From Setoptus koraiensis (Eukaryota; Animalia; Arthropoda), in NCBI GenBank assembly GCA_048013815.1, contig CM106585.1:20646001-20710000 (forward strand): a DNA stretch of 64,000 nt. Reading direction: 5' to 3'. Shown in pieces: positions 36,701 to 48,639 of the stretch (positions within the stretch are counted from its first letter, which is position 1; each line of letters begins with the position of its first letter). Made by a program: the position numbers and the translations under genes. The notes beneath the pieces were generated by a model. It ran no database searches, was not told the origin of the DNA, and saw only the letters and a list, made by a program, of their open reading frames with translations.

Positions 36701-38306
36701 GACGAGAGTGAACATAGTCGACATACATAGTTAGCCTAAAAAGATTACCGTTTTTCCACAGAGAACGCGCCGAAAAATCGTTTTTTTTTGTTCAGGAAAT
36801 AACTCTTAAAAAGCGCTCCAGATAATTAGGGGCGAAAAAGATCGCCCATTTTCTGCTTTCATTCTTTGGGAACGAGTGCTTACTTTTTTTGTACGCGCGC
36901 CAGCAATGGATTGCAAATATCGCTATTATGGTGACAACAATCACAATGTTAGACAATATAACCAACATTTCAACTAGCGACAACAAGCCGTCTGGTCGTG
37001 TAAATAGTGACCAATGTTCACCAGCAAACTGATGGCGACCTTGATTGCCCGTCGATTTGCCAGTTGTATAACGGGGACCCAAAACAGTCTGAGGGGTTCT
37101 CCGTTGATAGAGGGCTTGATTAATATTGGCCACTGTTGTGGGCCACAACAATAAATTTGTTGGCACTGGCGGCTGCCGAAAAACTGGCTTGTATAACTTG
37201 GCATTGGGCAATTGACTGGATTCGGTCTGACTGATGTCAACTTTCTGTTTAGATCTACCACTATGTTTGTCTTGTTGTTCTTTAGAACTGGAGGGCGCTT
37301 TATTGTTATTGTTTTGTGACAATATTGCCGCTGAAACAAAAGGCTGCACTTGCTGTTTACTGGCAGACTGATCGTTGAAACTTTTTGACGTTATAGGAAT
37401 TTGTGAAGGAGTTAAAAAGTTCACTGATGTGACCGTGGTTGTTGTAGATGGGGCCAATTTTGTGCTACTAGTCGCCATCGTTGTCGGTGTTGATGGCGAT
37501 AACGTAGTGGTGTCCATCGTTTTATTTGATGCACTTCTAATTGCATTGGCAGCTGATGTTGAGGCCGTCCTGAAGAGAGCGCCCACGAAAACGTTCGTCT
37601 CATTGGAAGATGTTAGATTTTTTTTCTCAAACAATTCGCCCAGTTTCGATATCTCATCTTTGCGATTCGATTTGATGTTTATTTTGCTATCATCAGCCTG
37701 TAAAGTGTTGTTTTCTGGAACCTCTTTCACAACTTTTTGATAGTTTGATATTGCGTTGGTCGGTTTCGGTGTAGTTGTTGTTGTTGTTGTTGTTGTTGTA
37801 GTTGTTGATGTTGTCGAAGTTGTTGTTGTCGAAGTTGTTGTAGTTGCAGTAGCTTGCTTTTTTCTGGCCACACTAATAGTGGGCCACCTTTGGGGCCTCT
37901 GCGCACCTATACGGGCCATGGGTATCCGTCTGTAACTAGGTGGCGTTGTTGTGGTTTTTATTTGGGTATCACTAACTATATTATGTGGTCGGACTGTGTT
38001 GGTGTCAGCATTGGTGGTAATGGTGAAATCATTGTTATTGTTAGTCGTTATTGTTGTTGTTTGTCGGTTGTTGAAAATTGTAGATTTTGCTAATAATCGA
38101 TTGTTGTTAAATCGTAAAACTGTTTCATTCTCTTGTGCTAATCTTTTCTTGGCTTGATTAGATGCAGTGATTGTAGAAAAATTAGTTATATTTATCTGTT
38201 TTCGCTGTTGTAGCATGGCGTCGGCGACGATGGTTTTATTGATTGTCGAGACACTCGGATTGCTTTGTAAAGTTGTCAATCTCAAGATTGTTCTAGGCTC
38301 AGCCAT
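33764..38306 (-). CDS. Large single-pass membrane protein: Thr-rich mucin-like N-terminal region, TM, long low-complexity cytoplasmic tail with one ~90 aa globular domain; exons 38306-36884 + 36687-33764 (~1448 aa, true 5' end probably further upstream)
   Basis: The 504 aa and 986 aa ORFs join in frame via donor aaaa|gtaagc (36883) and acceptor cttttattgacag (36688) with a CTAAC branch-like motif upstream, giving ...CWRAYKK-R-QAQAATP. TM LVILSNIVIVVTIIAIFAIHCW is followed by basic residues. Several N-x-S/T sequons lie N-terminal to it. Confidence 0.7.
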
Positions 38307-38673
38307 AATGCGAAATGACGATTTACACGATAGCTAACCTTTCAATTATTCTCTCGATTGTCGCATAATGCTTCCGATGTGATAATCCTTAAGACACTTG
38401 ACTGGACTTGACTCGTTCACTAAGTTGATCCTCCCGCGATGATGGTTGTAGCTAGGGATAAGATTTCATCTAACTAAAACCCACCCTTTTAACCATTGAT
38501 TAAACTCACATCATTATTATTGCACGTGTTATTGGAAAAATCTCCTCCTGAACCACTTCTATGAGGGGCTGGTCAACCATGGTAAATAGGAGAAATTTGC
38601 ATATTTATCTTTTTTTTTTTGTCAACTCCTTTTTCGAGATTCCACACCGAAAAATTGAAGTACTACAACTTGC

Positions 38674-38778
38674 CAATGACTCTACATGCAGTTTTGAGCA
38701 TTTAGTTGGCATGCAAGTGCCCAATTGTAATTTTGTGCAGTAGAAATATTGAGCTTTCTTAGCAAAATGATTGAATAG
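38674..38778 (-). CDS. Candidate coding exon with NRF (nose-resistant-to-fluoxetine) domain C-terminal motif
   Basis: After acceptor ccattttcag the frame reads LFNHFAKKAQYFYCTKLQLGTCMPTKCSKLHVESL, matching the recalled NRF pattern FY-x5-G-x-C-x-P-x-x-C-S. Not in the ORF track. Neighbouring exons are not resolved. Confidence 0.5.
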
Positions 38779-40480
38779 CTGAAAATGGATTGATTTAAAA
38801 TCGATGATCGACAGTTCATCCGAGTGGCGTTTGGTGTTTTGTTGATTTACATTGTTGTTATGTCACCAGAAACAAACATTAACATTAACATTAACAATTG
38901 TCGTAGGGGGAAATAGAAAAGAGTGATGATTAATCATTAGTTAAAGTCAGTTCATGCTTGTTTGTTGCTGTTGATGGATAATGGTTGCTACAAAATGTCC
39001 AACACGGACATACATTGTTGAGGTTTATGTTTGTAACTCATGGGATGAATTGTTTGTTTTCTCGTGACTCGTCTCACAATCTAGATGAATTTTCTCTAAA
39101 TTGTTGGTATTTCTTTCGATTCTTTCATAATCGTAAATCATAATCATAATCATCTTTCATAATCATAAATGTTGACTGTAGCTAGAGTCAACATTTTTCT
39201 CTCTTAAATCTACAAACTTGATGCGAGTTGATTGATGCAAGTTGACAAAACTTGCTAGTTAAGAAAACAACACAGAGGCCGTGCTTGAAGCGAAACTGTT
39301 CCGTTGACCTATCTAACAAGACGATCCGAACGAACATTCACTTTCTGATTCAATAATTCCAGTGGTTGCACAGTGTTGCATGGGACACATTTGCATATAA
39401 TACATGTATATAGGGCATTATGTTTTTTGCGTTGCACTAGCTTCCTAACATAACACGCAGACATGCGGATTGTCGCACGAGTTTACGAAAGCTTACCGAA
39501 AAACAAGGAGTAGCCTTGAATGAGTGTGTCAACCTCAGGCCAGCCACCACTACAGAATTACCGCATATTTTCTATTTGACGTTGCTGACCAGTTCACATA
39601 AAACAAGAGGCCAAAAAAGGAAGCCTCTAGAAAGAGATTACGGCTAACGGTTAAATCAGCAGCGCAAACAGCAGCGACACTGGCCCGAAATTTGTGTGCT
39701 CTGTGAACTGCTCAGATTGTAATTAGCCTAGATTGTATTTTGCGCCCACCATTAGCGCCATCGCGTTTTCTGGCAAAACTGGCCCTCTTCATTTTGCCCG
39801 TCTCCCCTCTGCTCCCCTCTGCTGCCCTCCCACCACAAAAGTAGCTCGTTTTTGCTACATGAGCACGTGCTTCCAATTTTTCGCTAGCTTCTGGTGTCCA
39901 GCTAAAATGTGGTGCTCATAGATAGGCAGCGTATGGTCGCTCTTCTTGTGCTGTTGTATAGTTAGATAAACTAATGACCTAGTTGATTGTTGTCTCAGTT
40001 CAGTAAACTTAATGCTAACTTTAATATATCTCTCCCTCTATCTCCCTTTGGAAAAGGCTCAACTGGCCAAGCGAATATTATTCAAAGGCTGCTCAATCAT
40101 AAGTGAGGCCACTAAAACGACATCGTCAACATTATCACCAAAAAGGCCAGCTCAGGTGAGTCAGCTTTGTGTGCGCGCAATGCTAATCGCTGCACCTAGC
40201 GCTCAGATAATAATGTATGCGTTACTGTTGGCCGGATATAGAGACGGTGAGACAGAAAGATCCTCATTATAAGTGCTGGGTATTGTAATTTTCAGTGCGT
40301 GACGACACACACTCTGGCGATGGTTGAAAAACCAGGCAAACGCAGTGGAATAGATATATTTCAGTTGTGCACTATTCAGTCAGTCGGTCAGTTATGTGTT
40401 TTTGCTTGTGTCTGTTCAATATTGTCCAGCCTCTAACGTTTGCTTGACCCGACGGCCCACGAATGCCCACAACTGCCGAC

Positions 40481-43400
40481 GACCGCCGACGACCGCCAAC
40501 AAGCTCGCACGGGCCCCCGCTCCGAGCCCGACAACTTTTATAAACGTCGCGATTAATAGTTGGCGCTCGCTCACGTTGCCCGCTATGTGTAATTTATGAC
40601 TGCCACTATTATGTATTTATAGAGCTGCCATGGCTCGCGCGCCCTCAGCCGGCCGGCCGGCCGCCGGCCACTAATGCGCGCCCGACGAGATGGACACGAC
40701 GGGCCCCAGCGGCGCATAATACATTCTTTGATTTGCCAGTATTTTTTGTCGCTCGGGCCGCTTCGGGCCCCAATATCGGGCAGACGCTGCCCTGTGTTTG
40801 TGCACCGTCTGCCTGGCCAGAAACTGCGCTTCTGAAACATGCACTTCTAACATGGACTGCCGATGGCCGGGCCATAACTCGGCCGCGCCGACCGGGCCTC
40901 CCCGTTGCACAGCGCGGCTCGCCCATTCGGGCCGAGTTGTAAATAATTTATAATTCGCCTATTTTCGGTCGCTCACGCAATATCCATCGACGTCTCAGTC
41001 TGAGATTCTCAGACGAGACAGAAGCGGCAAATGGATGCGGCGCGGCTAAAGCGTGGATGCAGCGCGGAATGGGGCCCGTCCGCATGTGTGTGTCGCGCGA
41101 ACGCGATGACAAATGAATGAATTTGGCCTCGCGTCGTGTAGCGCAATTATTCATACCGCAATTGGCGCATCGCAAGTGTCCCGTTGGCTGCAAAATGGGC
41201 CAGATTGCGCCAGCTACAACGGGCCTCATATTGCGCCCCTATTGGCTTATTACTCAAACGTATTAGCCTGACTGGTGGTATCTTTCGAACAGATATCGCA
41301 ATCATGACATTATATTGTCCGCTAATTTGGCCTGATAAATGGGCGCCCATTTTTCCCGATTTTCTCATTTTTCATTGCTGCATGGGGCCCATGTAAATAG
41401 TGAATGGCAAGCAAAAATAGCTGCAAATATTGGCCCAGTTAGTGGGCACACTATGCACAGACTAACAATTGTTGTCACGAAAATGTTGTGTCGTCTTTAT
41501 CCGTCTTGGTGCGTCCTTAGCGCCAGGCCGAAGTTTAGCCTGGCCGAGCCAATAATGATGGGCCAATATAAAAGCGCAACGGTCCGCTATTATGATGCGG
41601 GCTGCATTGTTGTTGTTGGCGTGCAAGCGTCGGAGATATTGAGCCGAAGCTTGACAGATACTGACAGATATCTCTCAATGGACACTGTCTGACAGTGGCT
41701 GTCAGTCTGACAGTGTCAGAGCCGTTCAAAAATGGATCGCATCATTTCGAGTTACTGTTGCAGTTTGTGCAAGTTTGAGCCAATTGCAATTGTGTCACTG
41801 ACCAGTGGCCAACTGGCCAGTTCGCGTTTCAGTTGCCGTTTCAATTGACGATCTGCCCTGCAGACCAACTGCAACCCTAATTGCAAAACCCTAATTGTTG
41901 GCAATTAGGCTCAGCGCACTTATGGGGCATTTGTCGCTGTCGATAGTTTTAGTTTTGGTTGTTTGTATCGGCCGATATATAAACTGATCACTGATACAAC
42001 TCGTATAACGCGTTTTAAAGCACGAGAGCACTGAGGCCATTTTATCATATTTGGGCCATGGATATTTGGGTATCGTATATTTGGGTATCATGTATTTGGG
42101 TGCCGCATATTTGGGCAGGCAGCGGATAAAAGTCAGGCATCATTTCGGTTTTAGTTATTTATCCCTCGCTCTGGCGCCGGTGATTGTGAATTGATGATTG
42201 TGCCCGCCATGGCGAGCTCGCTCACTGCAGTGTTGTCGTGTTGTTGTTGTTGTTGCTGGTGCCCACTGTGAAACAAAACTCCAATTGTGCCGCAACAACA
42301 TTAGCGATCATCATTACTGACTCAATGCAACCCGAAAGAGAGAGCACTGACCATCACGACACACTTATCCCCGCTGGCCCCACTGGCCTCGTTCTTCTTG
42401 TTGGCGAGTCGCCACTGGCGAGGCAAACACGAGGAACTTCTCGGGCTTGAGTTGTATTATATATAAGTTGCGATCAAGTGGGTTCCAGCAGCAGCGGCGG
42501 CGCTCGCGTTCCCGGGAATTCGTTTCGTTTCGCTTCGTTTTATTTTATTTTGTTTTATTTTGTTTTACTTTGTTTTATTTCATTTTATTCACTCGCTTTG
42601 TTTATTCTCTGGCTGTCTCTTCGGAGTGTGACACTCGCCGGCTGACACGAGCGCGTCGCCGAGCTGCCCGTTGTGTGGCTTGTATAGACAGGCCTCTCGA
42701 GTCACTTTTGATGCCATTCAGCATGTCGACAAACAAAGAGCCAGCCTCCAGGTAATTCTTTCCATTGTGTCATAGTGCTCGTGTGTGTGTGCCTGCCATT
42801 GTGATGTAACTAATGGCGCCGTTTTAGGTTGGGCCGGCCAGTGCTGCCACAAGCCGGCCACCTAGCGGCCGTATCGGCGCAACCGGAACTAGCGAGCCAC
42901 GACGAGCGTCTTAATTGACCACGTGCCGCGTTGCCCATCCGTTTGACAGTGACACCTCCACGCACTGTGCACAACAACAACAACAACAATTCCCCTACCT
43001 GTGCGCCCATGTCCGGCTACCTGTGCGCCACCCGACCTAATGCAAATTGCGTAATGCCAGCCAAACAGCAAACACCGCTTGGCTGGCCGGCTGACAGACT
43101 GGCCCATCAGTGACAGGCCATCAGTGACAGGCTATCACTGATAGGCTGATATCAATCAGGTAGCAGCAAACAGAGGCGCCACATCATGTATTGCGTCATG
43201 TGTTTTGCATAATGTTTTTATACGGTCATATATAATGTCACTGTGACCGTCGAATTGGCCATAGAAGCAACAAAATGTCACTTATCGCCTAACGAAGGTG
43301 CCCTAATTAACAGTGTGCCAATAGTAGCCACTAGTAACCAGTAGTGAAATTGAGCAATGTTGCCGTCTTGCCAGCGAACGAATGGCTGGCTTGCAATTGT

Positions 43401-44932
43401 AACTTTGAATTTTGTTGGATAGACGAGCACGGATAGACGTGTGTGACGTGATTGCTTTTTGATTCCATGTCGCTAGCTCTGGCACCACAAGTTGTCAGTG
43501 TGCTGGCAGCGTGTTGTTCAGAGCCTCAGTTCAGAAACTATTTAAAATATACAGCTGGTAGTTATATACAGTTATAGTTGTATATTGCGGCAAGTGTCTC
43601 TGGGTAACTCTTTGAGTCTCGCCATATCACATTGCGTCACGAGTAAAAAGGTGACGTGTGTCGCACCCATCGAGCGCCATCAATCATCTTGTTGTTGGTA
43701 TATGCTTCTAACTGATAAGCTGCTCACCTTTTCTAATTATTCCTTTTGCTTGTTCACTTCAATTGTGTTCCGTTTGAGCTCGTTCGATTTGAGGATAATT
43801 CAAGTGAAACTGCGATAGCATTGATCGCAATCGTAACGCTGATGACGATGATTTCTCATACACGTTCCGTTATTGATCGCAGGCTCGCTGTTTATTGCTG
43901 TAATGTATTTGGCTGCGATATGTTGGCTGTTGCGATATACCGATATTTGGTCGCTATATATGTGTGGCTGCAACAGCTTTTTCTGCTTCGATGACCCCTG
44001 CTGAATCCTCAATAAATCTATCGGTGCCGCTCCGTTTCTATTGTCAGAGTGCTGTTGGCCACTTTGATCTACACCTGACCCACTGACCACACAAACTGAA
44101 CCTTTGAGCCTCGATTTCTGCTGCAGCTCTCTCTACTTACAACTAGCTTGTCGGTGAAGATTTCGTCGAGAGTTTCGGTGAGACTTTTAAACACTTCTTA
44201 TTCTTATTGTTTGATGCTTGCTTGCTTGCTTCCTGGTGCTACTCTTACAAACAACTATATCTGGCGGAAATGCTATAGCAAGTATCGCAACTGAACTACC
44301 GTCGATCCAACTCATTGGTTGTAAAAACTAAAATGAGCCAAGTAAGTTAGTGGCCAGCAAAGCGAACACGCCAACTTACACAAGTGAGTAGATGGGCGCC
44401 GATGCGCACTGGTACGCAATGGGGCCCCAATATTTGTCTGCCGCGCCATCTGGTTGGCTGGTTGGAGTCGCTATATTAACCGAACAAACAATCAATGATG
44501 GCAAGTCGGCAAGAGTCTCTGATTGACCATCGCCAATCAGCTCAAACTTGTCTGGGCGAACTGAGTGCCAACCACAAGACAAAATTTGACGAAATCGTCC
44601 CAGAGACAACAAATGGCTGCAATTGACAGGTTTTACCGGTCGAAAGCGCGTGAAATTCTTCACTATGCCAGGAATTACTTGCTAAAGATAATGAGCAGTC
44701 GATAATTCCATCTTGTTTCTTTAGGTTGGTCAACAGAGCTTGCTGATTTCCAACGACTTTTTGTCACAATATTCTAACGTCACTAAGTAACGTGTTGTGG
44801 ACAACTCAAACAAGTTCATCTTAAAATAACCTATCGCCAAAAATCCAGATGGACCTCATGATGGACTACAATCAATGAAAAATCTCGGTGATTAATGGAG
44901 AATACCATTAGCAATTTGCTACGCAATCATCA
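40481..44932. repeat. Segmental duplication, short copy B of 20441-31951
   Basis: Same blocks in the same order as copy A but lacking about 7 kb of internal sequence; shared identical alt-frame ORFs in the track (e.g. 30812-31102 vs 43800-44090). Confidence 0.95.
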
Positions 44933-45266
44933 TTTGACGATCAATTATCGGCAGTTGAAAATGATTTAAATCTCGCGCTACAACGAGATAAACAATATTG
45001 ACATATGATCCCTATTTCTAAATGCATTGGCTAGACAAACGTATCTGACATAAGATAATAACATCCTTTTCATTTATATGATGACATTCTACTGATATTA
45101 GCACTGATAACATTAGCACTATTAATCACCGCTCACGTGAGCCTAGCTTAAAGATACACTCAAGATTTATCAACAAGCACAGGAGAGTTTGATTATTGTT
45201 ATTATTGTTTATATTAAGCAATTTACATCATACTAGATATAGGAAGCCAACAACGACATAAGGAGT

Positions 45267-46013
45267 ATGTCTACAACGATCAATCTTGGTCCACCGTCTG
45301 ACGGTGGGTCGCCTACTGAGCCCCTGGGGGAACTCGACGGCCAATTGGCTCAGATGGCAACGAACGTGGGCAAGAAATTTGACTTTAAGAATATGAATTT
45401 CAGATCCATGTTACATGAGAGATGGAGATCCATGAAAAGTTGGGGAAGTTTCTTTGATACAAGCCGTTGGACCATGCCCAACAGTGCTCTTCTGTGGTCT
45501 AGGAGATTATTGAAAAATTTGGATCATTTTCAGAGCAATTATTTCTGTGTTGTCTTTTTACTTATTGTCTATTGTATCTTGACCTCTCCATTGTTACTAA
45601 TAGCCATAACTGCAACCATGGTAGCCATGTAAGTTGCGTCATGACGAGCATCTATCCATTCGACAAAAAACTTGACAGGTTCTCTCATTATTAATTTTCT
45701 CTCAATTCATGCTATGTATCCTCATATATCAACCTCGTTCAGGTACATGATCGCTGCTAAGAACCAGGAATCTCCACTCAAGATAGCCGGCTTCTCGCCA
45801 TCTCTTTATCAACAATATATCGCTGTGGCCGTGATATCGATACCATTGTACTTATTGGCGGGTGCGCCATCGCTAGTATTTTGGGTAATAGGAGCATCAT
45901 TCTTCGTTATAGGCGTTCATGCCTCCATTTACGCAATAGAGTTATTAGACACCATGGATGACAACTTTATGATCAACACCCAGCCACAAACAAGTCCAGT
46001 TCAAGAGTTATAA
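45267..46013 (+). CDS. RABAC1: Prenylated Rab acceptor 1 (PRA1 family); exons 45267-45628 + 45743-46013, ~210 aa
   Basis: W-x-x-FFD...RLLKNLDHFQSNY...YCILTSPLLL and LFWVIGASFFVIGVHAS are PRA1 motifs. Intron gtaagt...ttcag (45629-45742) restores the frame. Confidence 0.9.
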
Positions 46014-46093
46014 CATTTTCCACATCGATATATTAAATCCCCAATGTCGACGGTCCGCGTGTTTTGAACAATATTCTTTATTAGGAAAAAAAT

Positions 46094-47264
46094 CTAGGTT
46101 TTTCTCTTCTTTTGTTTCATTTGATCGAAGAATTCGTGAATATCTTCTTCTCTGACGATCTTTTTGCTGTCGGCAAACTTTCTTAAGTAGTCTGATAAAT
46201 CTTCCTTCAGCTCATTGTAACCATGTAGTGCCTCAACAACTGCAACTCTATTCATTCTGCCAAGTGCCGACAGACCCTGTTCATACTGAGACAGATGTGT
46301 GTTGTTGGCTTTACCTTGAGCTTCGTAGTGTGAAACAGTGTCAGTTTCATCAATTAAATATGTACATTCTTTCTCTTTGTAGAGCTCCAAGCACTTGTTG
46401 CAACGACATAATTTCTTCCTGTAATCACTAGAGGGAAAGAATATAGGCCCTTTCTGGTCCACATCTCCGAGCTGCTTGGTCCTTTTTAAAAGACTACATT
46501 CGCTCGATTGTTCATCAGTGGCTGTGGTGGTCTCTTCTTCGGTATAGCTGTAGAGAAAGTTAAGCTTACTGGCACACTGACCACAAATAAGTTCTTCAAA
46601 TTTATCTGGTACATTCTCGGTGGCTAAGTGATTCGAGTGATACCAATCTTCACAAGCAACACATTGCCACATATCCTCTTGAGTAACAGATTCATCTTCC
46701 TCCTCTGGTGGATAGGCCGTGTTGCAGGTGCAGTATTTCCCAGAGAAATTGTGATTGTATTTGTTCTTTTCATTTAGTGGTAACTTGAACTTCTCCAATT
46801 TACATTCAAAACCTTCCTTGAACTTACTATTACCACAATCACATCTGAAGTTTCGTTTGGTGTAAAGCTCATAAAGTTGGTGATTTTCATGACACTCTAG
46901 ACTGCAAGCCAGACAAATGGCTGCGACATTGTCGCTTCCATCTGAACATGTAGCACAAGAATATAGCGCCTGACGCGGTATGTAACCCTGTTTTGTTTAT
47001 ATGGAGAATAGAATTTTGATCATGGTTAGAATGAGTATGCTCAGCAAGAAAAGTACCCCTCACACGTGTCCAATTCAAAAAGCTTAGATCACTCACCTTA
47101 GAGTAGGTACAATTCTTCTCGTCACTGTTACCTAACACTGCAGAGGCCTCCTCTTGGAGTTTGTTTTCATCCTCGAGCACATCCAACATGGTGATTGTAT
47201 CTTCATCGTCGTCGATCTGGGGCGATCCGGGTCTGCTGTTATCTTGTTCGTTTTCCGAGGACAT
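46094..47264 (-). CDS. UBR7: UBR7 E3 ligase (UBR box + PHD); exons 47264-47097 + 46987-46094, ~353 aa
   Basis: ITMLDVLEDE...AVLGNSDEKNCTYSK|GYIPRQALYSCATC...ICLACSLECHENH...LYTKRNFRCDCG, then YNHNFSGKYCTC...MWQCVACEDWYH. Intron gtgagt...acag is phase 0. Confidence 0.93.
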
Positions 47265-47968
47265 ATTGCGATAAATAATGTTGATTAATTAATAAATCAA
47301 GGCCGCTGAGAATGTTGTTCTGCCTATGCCTCAATATTGTTATTATTACATGTGTATATCGTTTTGCAATGTATTCGATGGGGTCTTGCATGAAAAACTG
47401 AATGCGCAAGTTATCACATCAATGCGCTATAGTGGCCTGGGACTGCTATAGATTGCAAAATCTTTGTTTCAATTCAAATGTATAGGGTGCGCAACTAAGA
47501 TTGGTGTCCTTCTGATGTTACAACCTACGAGTTGATTTGCTCGAATAGAGTTTGCACCATGGACAAAAGAGGGCGGGAAGCAGAGCCTCCTCTTGGTGCT
47601 ATAGTGCAACAGAAAGAATTTGCGCCAAGTCTAAAATCAATTGAATTCCGCCTCCCATCTTTCGCAGAGAGGAGAGGATCTCCCCACGTCCCTTGATCAC
47701 AACAAAAATGGCAGTTTGAATTCCGCGCAAATTCACACTTGTGACGGTAGAATTTTGCTTTGTTCACGGCAGACAGTCGTCATCAAGATTTTTCTGGAGA
47801 AAAATACACTCCTACAATTACTACTTGCATAAATTATATACTTGTATTATCAGCTCGACTATTATAAATCCATATCTATATAAAAGAGACCCGTTTCAAC
47901 GATCATTGCTCGAGGACACGTTGATTTGATATTACATTGACCTGGTGGATTCTTTTAGCGAAGGAATC

Positions 47969-48559
47969 ATGAGCTCACACAATCCATTTATACCTTCCAG
48001 GTTCGGTCATCCAAGTTTCAATCCTGTGAATCAAAAATCTCGCTCAACCTCATTAGGTGGCCAAAAATCTGGACATAGAACCCCTGGCAGTCATCATCCT
48101 GATGGCTCTAAGTCTTCACGAAAAAAACAGAAACATGATGATAAAGTAAGCATACAACCCGTAGAGGAGGAGGATGGCGATGAATTCTTCAACAAGCATT
48201 TAGCTGCTGCCAGATTCAATAGAAATCACCGGCTTATACACGAATTGTTCAGTGATTACACGGTGACAGATTACAAAGCCAAGCAAGCTCCTGACAGGGT
48301 GCAGTTATTGAGGAAACAAGCTCAGACACTAGGCGGTCATCAAAAGAAGTTGGAGAGTGAATTAGCTCAAATTCATGAAAAATTTTATGCGAAAAAATCT
48401 AGGATTTTAAGCGACAGCAAAAGATTTAACGATGAATTACTATCTTTGCAAATGAAAACTAAACAGGAGCTTATGGCAATCAAACCAAATAATCAGACCC
48501 CTACACCACCAGCTACAACGCCCAATTCTACACCGACGCCCACACCAACACCGACGTAG
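47969..48559 (+). CDS. SMARCE1: SWI/SNF subunit BAF57/SMARCE1 (dalao/BAP111) homolog lacking the HMG box, ~196 aa, no CDS intron
   Basis: VSIQPVEE...KHLAAARFNRNHRLIHELFSD...RVQLLRKQAQTLGGHQKKLESEL...FNDEL aligns to the NHRLI and coiled-coil region of BAF57. First ATG is 47969; the track start at 47945 is GTG. Confidence 0.85.
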   Translation: MSSHNPFIPSRFGHPSFNPVNQKSRSTSLGGQKSGHRTPGSHHPDGSKSSRKKQKHDDKVSIQPVEEEDGDEFFNKHLAAARFNRNHRLIHELFSDYTVTDYKAKQAPDRVQLLRKQAQTLGGHQKKLESELAQIHEKFYAKKSRILSDSKRFNDELLSLQMKTKQELMAIKPNNQTPTPPATTPNSTPTPTPTPT

Positions 48560-48639
48560 TACTTTTGTGCTAGCACGCGAAGTCATCGATTGTAAATAAG
48601 AGATCTTAAAAAAATTGTATTAAAGAAATATTAATTGAT

